Assembly: GCA_964106915.2 (NCBI GenBank)
Contig: OZ066920.1
DNA: 64,000 nucleotides
Source: Podarcis gaigeae
Taxonomy: Eukaryota
Direction: 5' to 3' (one strand)
This document shows positions 1-11,606 of the stretch, piece after piece (position 1 is the stretch's first letter; each line of letters opens with the position of its first letter). The translations under genes were made by a program, and so were the position numbers. A model generated the notes under the pieces. That model searched no databases and was not told the origin of the DNA. It saw nothing but the letters and a program-made list of their open reading frames with translations.

Positions 1-1141
1 GCTTGGTATCTGCTTTATATTCTTTTTCTTATGTATAGAAATTTGAATAGCAGCTTCCTAAAAGACAGTTACATGCCAATTTTCTATCTGCAAATAAATA
101 GTATTAAACTGAAAATTGGTTAGGTGAGTTCACATTTTGAGCATCATGTTTTGTTAGTTTTAAAGGGTTGCAAATTGTTGATAAGCGTAAGCAACAAAAG
201 TAGCAGTAAAGAGGAAGGAAAGAACTAGCTCAGGAGCCTTGATTTGTCTTTCACAACATATATTAATTTATTTACACCGTATGCATGCAGGCGATACTGG
301 AATCTAGGCAACACCTGAAAATTAGAATGCTGCTTACCTGGGACTCCATGGAGGTGGGGTTTGTGGCCTGGCCTGGCAGAAGCCTGGATCCGAGGCCTTC
401 TTAGGCTACAGGTAGCCACCGAGGGATGCCAGCACCTCCCTCTGCAGCCATGTGGCATGCCCGGAGGCCTTGTTCAAATGAGCCAGTCAGGAACAAGCTG
501 AGGGGTAGGGCTGTGGACCTGACAACCCTAGTTCCCAGTTAAATCCATCTAATATTAATAAATATTAACTGCACGCAGCCACCTCAGCTCCAGTCCTTGC
601 TGAACTTCCAACCCACCTGCCCTGTTTATGGGTCCTGCCCATAGGTGTGCAGGCAGCTATATGGAAATGACTTAATTTCCATATAGGCAGGCAGACAACT
701 GATGTGACACCAATCTGAAACCTAAAAATGAGTTCTGGTGGCAATTGTTTTATGTATTTATTCAAGTTTCTTTGGGATCTACGTCAACTATCGAGTATAT
801 ATTTGGTTGGAACACCCTAAAAAGCTGAGGGAAACAGAAAGCATTTCGGTAACTGAAGAAAGACTGGTGGTTGAAGGAATAGGTGGGCCAAGGTTGAAGT
901 TTCATTGTTCTTCTTTCCACAGCTTTTGTGTACTGCCGTATGAATAAGCCCAGGAAAAGCAGGAGGCTAATATTTATTTAATGGGCATTTTATAATGAAT
1001 GAAGGATCATGCATATACTTACAAGCATCATCCGACAGAAGCTCAAGGGACATGAGATTACAAGAAGCTTAAATCTGTTCTCTAACAATATAAAAAAAAT
1101 TAAGATAAAACTCCAAATAAAGACCATCAAGAGCATCTTAC

Positions 1142-1317
1142 CGCCATCTAAGCTGCGAGACATCGTGTAGCGTTTGCTTGATGAACGCTCAAAGTAAGGT
1201 GCTGGGCGGTCTATCAGTGCACTTGCTCTTCTTGTCTGGGCTTGTGTCCTTCCACTGTAGCGAAACTTGGAACCCAGTGTAAGAAATTTTTTGGGAGGAG
1301 CCTCTGGGAGCAAGAGC
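1142..1317 (-). CDS. EPB41L3: EPB41L3 coding exon 11 ([58 protein letters not shown]), FERM-adjacent domain; gene continues beyond window start
   Basis: ttctag| acceptor, G|gtaaga donor, 176 nt, [12 protein letters not shown] motif; lies within ORF 990..1508. Confidence 0.97.
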
Positions 1318-2025
1318 CTAGAACATATCACACAGAATGCTTGTGATGAATTGCAGGTTTTAAATGGGAAAAATGAAGTGAAAAATAAATTCTGGGCATC
1401 CATGTCTCTATTCCATAATCCTTTATTTGAATAGATACGGTTATAACACAGTGCTCCTACGCATGCCTCCTCAGATGTAAATCTAGTTATATCCACTGGT
1501 ACTAACACCCAGGCTAGGTGGACATAGATCTACAGCCTCAGTTTATGCTAGAATTAAATATTGTAGAAGCTTCCCGTCCCTCCCCTTCTGTCCACTGCAA
1601 CATGCCAGACATCCTCAAAACCTACTCCAGAGGGTTCTACACGTGCAGTGTTGGATACAACCCATAAATTATAGTTAGAAACAGCTGAATATTTTGAAGT
1701 CTTTGTCAAATAATAATGATGATGATGATGATGTCTGTTATTCTTTTCAAAAACATGTATCAACAACTGCTTCTTCACAAATATATCTATATAGCCACAA
1801 ACATCACATACCCCAATCATTTTGTGTGGCACTGACACTGATTATGTATTGGCTATGATATATAAGATATTATATCTAGGTGAATCAGCATAAAGGTAGA
1901 CTTCTCTCAAACCCACCACTACAGTAGTATTAAAACTTTCCACATGAAGTTTGCCCCAGAATTCACTCTTCATTCTGGAGTTGGTATCCCTAATCTGACC
2001 CCACCCTAAAAAAGAATCCCTAGAT

Positions 2026-2161
2026 CAGTGTTTCCCAACATTGGGCCTCCAGCTGTTTTTGGACTACAACTCCCATCATCCCTAGCTAGCAAGACCAGTG
2101 GTCAGGGATGATGGGAATTGTAGTTCAAAAACAGCTGGAGGCCCAAGGTTGGGAAACACTG
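2026..2161. mobile_element. Non-autonomous hAT MITE (URR1-like)
   Basis: TIR cagtgtttcccaac...gttgggaaacactg; internal ggactacaactcccatcatccc palindrome; perfect 8-bp TSD ccctagat (2018-2025, 2162-2169). Confidence 0.9.
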
Positions 2162-2658
2162 CCCTAGATAATATCAATTCATTATATAGTAACTGTTCTC
2201 ACACATCATTGGTGAAATTATCTTCATAGATGTAGTCCTGCCCAACCATGACTCTGGGTGTGGGGCTCATCCAAGGAGGAGGAGTGGGGCTCTTGCAGAG
2301 GCCTCAATTACCACCAGGGACCATGAAGTGCTTCCTCTTATAGTCAAGCATATATTTCGAATGTTTCTCTACACCAATGATCAAGAAGAATGTTACATTT
2401 TAATGGGTTGTCTCCAATGCTAGCCCTACTCAAAGGAGACCCATTTGCTGTAAATGGACATTATGTTTTTACTTGCCCAACAGAACAACCTCCCATCTCC
2501 TCTGCTGTTCTGGGGTTTCTGGGGTGGGGGGAGAGTCAAGAAAGCCCTGCTGCACTAATAGAAGCCAGTATGCTGGCTCCTGCTAGCAAAACTATTTAGC
2601 TGTATCCTTCTTAAATACATTTTAGTTTTTCTTCTTTATTTCTATGTGTCATGTTTTA

Positions 2659-2778
<120 letters not shown>

Positions 2779-3956
2779 CTAGGAGAGAAAAGTACATTTA
2801 ATTTTGATTTAAGATGTAACAAATATACAATGAGGCATATTACCAACTCAAGAAATTTGTATACATCTGCATATATTACATACAAGCAGACTGGGTCAAC
2901 ACTGTTAGGGTTGCCAATGTAAGCAAATAATATGCAGTGTATTCTAGATTTATGGCTGCACATGAATCCTTAATTTGGTCCCTTGCAGCCTGAGTTAACT
3001 ACACAGACATTCCCAGGGGAATATATATTGTAAGTAAATATAATGGCATAAAAACAGGATCAGTTCTGGTTTGCTAATAAACACCATGTCAGAGTTTTTC
3101 TACACATTTCAGATGTTGCTGGACTACCAGTGCCAGACTGATGGGAGCTGACGTCCAACAATACCTGGGGAGCTAAAAGTTGACCACCATGGACTTAGAA
3201 GAACTAGCATACAAAATCCACAACTATTTAAGGAAGGGATATTTGATTAATGTCTGTCAAAATATATGAAAGTGTATCTTAACTGCTATTAATAGGTTTT
3301 ACTGAACTCGTGGACCAGCCATGAGATACGTCAAATGCTGTAGAGAAGAAACTTAGCACATCAAGACTGCTGCATTATTGCTACATTAATCAACTGTGAC
3401 ATAAAATTCTCATCTTGCTGCCACAGAAATCAGCTGTTATTTCTGACAATGTGGTGCTCTGGCGTTTAAAAGTAGGAGAACAAAGTAACTTCCTGCTCAG
3501 ATATGAAGTTTAATAACAGCTTCAACAACTCAATATCCCCATTACTAACCCAACCTTAGAAATGTTCTGATTAATAAATTATACAAGAATTAAAACATGG
3601 GGGGGGGGGGGAGTCTAAAATAATGTGAAAATGGTGATCTTGCTAAGTAAATGTTTGCCTAGTACAAAGAGGGTGAGGAAGAATGAAGCAGAGTGCATAC
3701 GTAAGAAAGGACACAAGTGTATGCTACAATTCCTAATTGTGTGAATGCTGTCATATGTAGTTTGGCCCTCAGAAAGGCAAGAGGGGGTGGTGGGTCTGGC
3801 AGCAGGGGAAATACAGCATAATGCCATGACTGCCATGGACTTGGTTACATACACTTGCATGAACTCAGTTAATGATTATATGAAATTGGGCAACTGGAGC
3901 AGTCCAGTTCACAAAAGGAACACTGAAATACATTCGGTTTGCTGAAGTCCACTTAC

Positions 3957-4109
3957 TTCCCCTGGTCGGATTTTGATATAGAAGTTATTCCTCTTGTATG
4001 AAATTTTGAGAACCTTAGGCCAAGCAAATCTGTTTATTCTGAGTCTGTCCCGATATATCAAGAGACCACTTGCGCAAACCCCTAACATGATTTCAACTCC
4101 TTCAGAATC
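3957..4109 (-). CDS. EPB41L3: EPB41L3 coding exon 9 ([51 protein letters not shown]), FERM F3
   Basis: tttttag| acceptor, GAA|gtaagt donor, 153 nt. Confidence 0.97.
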
Positions 4110-5239
4110 CTAAAAAAAAGATGTTTCAAAAGATGTTATTTTTTAATCTTTAGCACATCAATGGTTCATTTCCATTTTTACAATCACAAGCTTTTTGAAC
4201 ATCAGATGGGCTGGGCAGCATTCCTTTGTGGGGAATGCCATCCACTGAACCACAGAGTTAGCCCATTTCTGGCAAAAACGGTTAATGTAATTAACAGAAC
4301 ACAAAATAAAAGACTTTCTTTCACTCAAATATCTATGCAGATTTCCTCCTGAAATACCCTACAGTCCTTTCAAAACCTGTGCATATATTCTATACATTTA
4401 TCAAAGCTTTCGAAAAGATTTTATGCAAGATACACTCAGAATAACATGCACTTCATAATTTTCTTCTGGTCAGCAACATTTTGCCAAAAACATGATCCAT
4501 TTAATATACTAAGATGTAAACGTGTGATCTTAAATTGAGGAAGACTAAAGCCACATGTCAAGCCAAACCACTTTTTGCAGACACTGTTTCACCATATATA
4601 AGTACAGTACATTTTGGTTTGGTTAACTCTATTCCATGGCACCAATTACAGAACTTTCCACAGGTATGTAAGACAAATGGCCGATTCACACACAGTGGTA
4701 AGGCAAATCATGGTCTGGAAAGAATGAGCAAGCATGAGCAAGCTCAGAGAGAAAATCATGACTGCTTTGGCGCTCCCACAGTCATCCTGCTGCCCTGATA
4801 CCTGGAGCTAAGCCATAGTTTGGCTTAGCTTTTCATGCAAACTCAGTCTCAAGGTTTGTCTCACTCCCCCAAAGCCATGAGCTGCAGCCATTATTTTCTT
4901 ACTGATTACCCACCTGCTTGCTTGTCACAAAGCCATGGTTTAGCTTAGCATTACATGCAGAAGAGGCCAGAGCCTCTTCAATGGCTCTGTGGATGCTGCA
5001 TAATGTACCACTGAAACTACATGCCAGGTGAAGGATAGGACACTCTATAACATAGATCTGACTGAATTTCCATTTCAGTTAAAAGTGCTTTAGCATTCTT
5101 TTTATTTTATAATCATCAGTTCATCAAAATATATTAAATAAACTAGACAATAAAAATCAACAGATTAATTGCAGACGTATTACTTAATGCATGCATGCAT
5201 GGCAACACTTCTAAGTTCCTAATCTGAACCATCCTGCTA

Positions 5240-5374
<135 letters not shown>

Positions 5375-5581
5375 TTAAAAATGAACTTGTTTCCGGGAAA
5401 ATAAATGTGTCCTTTATGATTATTTAAATGTGTTCATGCAGTTGTCTGTTTTACACTTATTCACTCCATCCAATCATTTCCCCCCTCAATGTAATGCTTT
5501 GAAATTCAGTACATTTTTCATGAAGGAGGATAGAATTCCAAAGGGACTACATTGTATATATTTCCCCCCTGCTTATATTAC

Positions 5582-5800
5582 CTGTGGCTTTTATGAAGCT
5601 CTATTACTTTGTCTTCCAGTTCTTTAGTATGGTTTGGCGCAAAGCGAAATTCACTGACGTAATCACTTCCGTATTCATCAGGATCATAATCTCCAAGCTC
5701 TGACTGAACTGTATAGGAGCCCAATAGTGCAAGTGTAACAAAAGAACATGGCAGTCGTCCAGAAACTATGTCATCTCTCAGCTGTAAACAGAGGTAGTAC
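5582..5800 (-). CDS. EPB41L3: EPB41L3 coding exon 7 ([20 protein letters not shown]...[14 protein letters not shown]), FERM F2
   Basis: tttgcag| acceptor, AG|gtaata donor, 219 nt; lies within ORF 5578..5829. Confidence 0.98.
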
Positions 5801-7058
5801 CTGCAAAATTTTTTTTTTGTAAAAAACACCTCATTAACACCTCCATACCCCTTGCAAGTTCTAGCAATTCACAAGCAGTTTAAAGGTTCCATTAAGGCTA
5901 GACAAGTGCAGAATCTTTGCTTTAACCAAAGTGGTAGGAAGCAGAAGAAAGGACAAACAGGAATGTGTAAGAAATCTCTTCTTTCTATCATAGGGCAGTT
6001 GGGAGATGACCAGTTAGGTTGATACATAATGGAGCACTTGAAAACACAATCCCAAGAAGTGGTGTGCACATATGAAGAAACAGTAGATGCAGTTAGAACT
6101 CCAGTTTTTATTTTAGGCACAAGAGAGTTCTCCCTCCCCACACACTATATATTAATTAGAACAATTTATACATTGAACAGAGGTGCCAAGGCTGTTTACA
6201 AACAAGCAAAAACAACAAAATAGCACAACGGAACCAACTCAATAAAACAAAGTTGAAATTTCAAGTCACAATAAAACATTAAAATATCAGTCATAACAAT
6301 CAGGAATGGTGGGAATGGGTTCTTCTCAGAATGTCACTGCTGTATTATTTTAATTGCAATCCATGTTCCCTCTTCTGCTTACTTTTCAGTTAATGCTAAC
6401 TATAAGCGGCAATTTCAGAAATATGTCTTTCACCTGCTGATGGTAGCAAAGAACTATTCCCTCCGTTTACTGCAGCATCTTCATATGTTCGCGATTATGT
6501 GAATGCCACAGCCACTGTTAGGGACAGATGAGGTCTCCTCAGCTCAAATTTTCTGAGATTTTTCAGAGAAACCTAGCCTTCCACCATGACAATTATCCAG
6601 CCCTTCCCCAAAACTTACTGGTGGCAGGATGGGTCAGTCATTAGCAAGGAAGTTTGGTTCCCAGCAATGGAGGCTCATGAGTATGCGCAGGAAGCATGTG
6701 AAATGTAGTTTTCAAATGCTCTTTGCTACACTGCACAGGTTTCAGTGCACTGGATGCCATAAGGCTGAGGTGTTGGCTACTGCAAGCCCACCCTAATACA
6801 CCTACCCCTGCAACAAAGGTAAGGGGATGGCAGTGAGGCAAGATTACTATAAGCTAGACCTTTGTGGGAGGGGGGCAGGTGGATGAGGATGATACAGCTC
6901 CAATATCTACATTTCCTTCCATCACCCATTATCAGTATGGTAGTATAAAGTGTTCACGTCACATTATACAAACAATTGTTTAATAATTGTTAGTTAGAGG
7001 TTGCCACCACCAATAACTTTTCATGATCAACATAAAGATTGCTGGGTGTTTTAAATAC

Positions 7059-7134
7059 CTGGTAATATCTTCAGAAAGCTGGGCAGGATCAGGAGGATAG
7101 AATTTCACATTAAAAGAGAAATGCCAAGCACCAC
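7059..7134 (-). CDS. EPB41L3: EPB41L3 coding exon 6 ([25 protein letters not shown])
   Basis: ttatag| acceptor, AG|gtattt donor, 76 nt, phase consistent with neighbours. Confidence 0.97.
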
Positions 7135-10100
7135 CTATAAGAAAACAAAACTTAATTAGGATTCTCTGCATACCGTGTCCAATAATGGTTATCCAGTTGT
7201 CTGAACCATTTCCTTTGCTTTCATAATTGAAGATTGAGGGCTCCTAACTTAACAAAAAATAATAAAAAGAATTGTCTCTCGGCAAACAGCAACTTATCTG
7301 AAGTGTCTGCAAAAACTTGTAGACCCAGGACAATTTTCTTGGCTAAGATACGGTTTACACAATCAAATACAAAGATAAGAACAATGCCACCTAAACATTT
7401 AGCAAGGTTGTGCCCACAACTGAGTGAAGCACATAGTTATTTCTATAAACACATTCATCAGCACCTTGGGGATATCTATCTCAGCAGAATTTCTTTGTCC
7501 TTCACCATGTACAAAATTGTAAAGATAAAACATAGAGGTCATTACTCAGAATCAGCCCTGAAAGCCTCAAGATGAGGCAATAATATCACTACGGTCAACT
7601 AGCCAGCTTAGTTCCCCTGCTCCGACCAATTACAGTGCTTATTAGTCTTAAACTGGTTCGGTCTTGATACAAGACGACTCTGACAAAAGCAAAGAAGCAA
7701 AGAAGAATAAACATTTGCATTTTACAGCCTGATCTTGTATATCAGAAAATAAAATAAAACGAGAGGTTGTTTTGGTTTGTTACTATGGTATGTATTTTTG
7801 TGTTTTTATGTTGTAAACCATCCTGTGTTCTTGGAATGAAGGGATGTATAGAAATTTAATAAATGAAATAAATATCACCAGTGCCCTTACTTGGGCCTGG
7901 CCTCAGTCATTCAACTTCTAATGACAATCAGGTTACCATAATGCACTCTTATGTGGGATAGTCCCTTGAATGCAGCCTGGAAACTTCCAACAGGTTCATA
8001 ATGCAAAGCTGCCAGAGTTCTGACTGGACCTAACAGAACAGCGAATGCTGATGGAGTTGTAGTCCAAACCATCTGGACAGCACCAGGTTGGTGAAGGCTG
8101 CAATGTACTGATATTACACACATCCTTTAACCACAACACTGTGTACCAATTTTTCTCTCTCGATTCAAAATTGCTTTTGACCTTTACAGCTCTCAGTGGC
8201 CTGTAACTGGAGTATCTCAAGATTAATCTTCCTCCCCATGAGTCTAACCCTGAGGCTTTTCTCCAGATCACCCCACTATCTGATACCTGGTGAGATGGGG
8301 AAAGTGCCTTTTTGGTTGTGATGCAACTAAACTTCTGTAATGTTCTTTGGAAAAGGTACACACAATTTTTAAAAACACGATGCTGCTTTAAATAAGGATT
8401 CAACCACTGCTGCTTTTTAAACTTGTCTTGTAAGTCTGTTTTTAAAACATGTACTGTAATTGTTACGTTCCTGCTTGCTTGCAGTTTTTATTATTTATAA
8501 GATGCCTTGAATATTTTAATAGAAAGACAGGGTAGAAATGTTTAGAAATAAAACATCTAATAAATACAGCTCACTAAGGTAAGTAAATAAGCTTTATTGT
8601 ACTAGCCAAAGGCCATGACTAAACCATACAAACACTATGCGGAAAAGAAATATCTATATGCCTATAAAACTATATAAAAAACAGAGTCACTGCCTAAACC
8701 ACCAAAATATTAAAATGCAGATGCACACGTAGACTGGGGACTCCACACAGCATACAATATTTTCCTATTTAGACCTCTGAATATCCCTTACAGTTTATTG
8801 AAATTCTGCCCAAGTTCTTCTTCCACTAAGGTGCCATATATCTTACCAGCAGAAGCTGTGTAAAGTATATCTTTTAATTTCAGTTTTAAGTACTTTTCTA
8901 CTTTGCAACATCCTATTTTTAACTATTTAAACTGAGCACGTCATGATGAATATGCATGTTGAAGGTGTGTCAAGTTTCATTACTGAAGCCTTGGTGTGCT
9001 TGACAGTAGAGGGGTCATGTTAATCTTGACAGTACAATATATATTAAATTGTGTGCAAATTTCCTACAGGTTTTGTCCTTTAGGGTCTGGAATGTTATCT
9101 ACATGAATGAACCTCTGCCCTTACAAAATACAAAGACTCTCTTTTCTTGGTCCTTCCTTACATATATTTCTGCTTGAACAAGTCCTTCGCTTGAACAAAG
9201 CTCTTGGTTTATTCAGGAAAAACAGACTTCTAAATGGCAATTAATCAGAGATCTTAACAATCCTAGTGTACAAATCTCTGAGCTACTTTGGAAAATGTTT
9301 GGATTCCTTTCATTTGTTTGGGAAAAGCAAGAAAGACTTCAAATACGCCTGCTGTGCTGTACTGATTTCAGAAAAAAAAAGCACAGTCCATATTTCTTTC
9401 CCACATTGGGTAAAACAAAGAAACAGGGTGAGAAAAACTACACATACTTTTAGCCAAATTTTATTAGGTGCCATTGTACATTATTACTTTTAATTGCAAT
9501 AACTGGGCGCCTTTCAGGGTAGAGGAGCCCAAAGAAGATCCCGTGTGCTAATGAATTTTGTGTATAACTTACATTCTTAAATTATCAGTCAATAATATTT
9601 TATGTCTGGTAATACTGGGTTCCTAAAGTAATTCTCTGAAACAGCAAGTTTTGCATTTTTATATGCTACAACTGCATCTCTTCCCACTGTCAAGAGCAGG
9701 ACTAGACTTTGCTGTTCAGGATAATCTCCTGCAGTTACCATTGTTCACATTTGGCTAAGAAGTCTACATCAGATGTATTAACAGTATCTACCGTAACAAA
9801 CATTTTCTTGACTACATAAATACTGATTTTTAAAAATGGCAAACAGCTGAAACCATTGCTGTCACATATAAACCTAGTTCAGCTGAAATCCATGTGCTTA
9901 GGCTTTCAAAATAGGTTTACATAATTTGGCTATTCAAAGCAGAAATTTTGATGTTTTAAAGCATTTACAACATTTTATTAAATATTTCTCATTACAGGTA
10001 TACTACTTCGCTCATACTATAAATTAACATTTGTAAACCAGAAACCATGTTTTAATTCCAGATGGAGAACGCTTCCTACCAAATGTAATTGCTTGCATAT

Positions 10101-10431
10101 ACTTGGCCAATGGAAAGATTTTATTTGTGAAGTGTGATTGAGAATGAACACTGACATCTGTTTGCTACAGCAAATTCCATGTGTATGCATTACACCAAGT
10201 TTGTAGAAAGGATCTTAAATATTCAACTTCGTTGCCTTGATGCTTAATTTATGCTGGGTACTTTTAGGTTTCTAAAACAGTTCACAAGTACATTTACATG
10301 TCAAGCACTGGTAACAGGAGAAAGGAAGTATAAAAATTGGGTAACAATGTGGAAAAACAAATTTAAAAATACAAGGTAGAATCACAGATATATAGACCTC
10401 TATAGAATCACAGATATATAGACCTCTATAG

Positions 10432-10791
10432 GTAAAGGTAAAGGTACCCCTGCCCGTACGGGCCAGTCTTGACAGACTCTGGGGTTGTGCGCCCATCTCA
10501 CTTAAGAGGCCAGGGGCCAGCGCTGTCCGGAGACACTTCTGGGTCACGTGGCCAGCGTGACATCGCTTCTCTGGTGAGCCAGAGCCACACACGGAAACGC
10601 CGTTTACCTTCCCGCCGGTAAGCGGTCCCTATTTATCTACTTGCACCTGGGGGTGCTTTCGAACTGCTAGGTTGGCAGGCGCTGGGACCGAACGACGGGA
10701 GCGCACCCCGCCGCGGGGATTGGAACCACCGACCTTTCGATAGGCAAGCCCTAGGCGCTGAGGCTTTAACCCACAGCGCCACCCACGTCCC
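10432..10791 (-). mobile_element. Sauria-type SINE, full length
   Basis: tRNA-like head GGGACGTGGGTGGCGCTGTGGG, B-box-like segment, (ACCTTT)n tail; TSD atagacctctatag at 10418-10431 and 10792-10805. Confidence 0.92.
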
Positions 10792-10913
10792 ATAGACCTC
10801 TATAGACAGGTATAATCATATATTTTAGGCAGCATTCCTAATGTTACTTACTGGAAGTAATCCCTATTAAAAACTTACAGTTAATGTCTTTAAAATGGTT
10901 TAGCACAACTTAC

Positions 10914-10956
10914 TTCGGATCTGCTTTTTTATTTCCTTGGCTGGGTCCAACCAATT
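10914..10956 (-). CDS. EPB41L3: EPB41L3 coding exon 5 (NWLDPAKEIKKQIR-S)
   Basis: ttttcag| acceptor, A|gtaagt donor, 43 nt, WLD motif of FERM F1. Confidence 0.96.
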
Positions 10957-11016
10957 CTGAAAATAAGTATTTAAAATATTTGAATGTACAAACATGTTTT
11001 TAAAATCATCAAGAAG

Positions 11017-11325
11017 AATAACAGCAACAATAATTTGTTTATACCCTGTCCATCTGACTGGGTTGCCCCAACCACTCTGGGTGGCTTCCAAAGTATAAAA
11101 ACACAACTGTGCATCAAATATTAAAAACTTCCCACATACAGGGCTGCCTTCAGATGTCTTCAAAAGGTTGTGTAATTGTTTATCTCTCTGACATCTGATG
11201 GGAGGGCTTTTCACAGTGCGGGAGCCACTACTGAAAAGGCCCTCTGTCTGGTTCCCTGTAACCTCACTTCTCACAATGAGGGAACCACCAGAAGTCCCTC
11301 GGAGCTGGATCTCAGTGTCCAGGAC
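11017..11325 (-). mobile_element. LINE 3' fragment (probably L2 clade) in the intron between exons 4 and 5
   Basis: tttataccc...catctgactgggtt.cccca.cca.tctggg.ggcttcc terminus, shared with 49627-49740, which abuts an (AAT)n tail. Confidence 0.6.
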
Positions 11326-11501
11326 TGACAGGGACCCCACTCCATTATGAAATGGGCAACACTGTTGCTGTCAGGAGGATGCTACTGCCTCCACTGCCAC
11401 CTCTCTGACCAGTTTTGAAGGCTGATGATTCTGACAACACAATCTCAGTATCACATTTTCTCCATTTTCTCCTTTCTTTATGAACTCTTTTCTAATTTTA
11501 C

Positions 11502-11606
11502 CTTTTGGCTTTCCATATCTTTGTATGTTAACCCGAAGTAATCTTTTTCCAGCAGGTTCAGATGTTCACATACTTTGTCAAACAGCACCTGGCCTTTTGA
11601 ACGTTT
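11502..11606 (-). CDS. EPB41L3: EPB41L3 coding exon 4 ([35 protein letters not shown]), FERM F1
   Basis: ctgtag| acceptor, AAG|gtaaaa donor, 105 nt, conserved FERM motif LLEKDYFGL. Confidence 0.97.

Noticed and set aside
1-1140. Search for the next EPB41L3 exon (alternative U2-region exons)
   Set aside because: No recognisable 4.1B peptide with splice sites found; the next exon is presumably outside the window.
990-1508. 172-aa ORF as a standalone gene
   Set aside because: Only 1142-1317 is coding (EPB41L3 exon 11); the rest is intron read-through. The same applies to ORFs 5578, 6980, 10900 and 26838.
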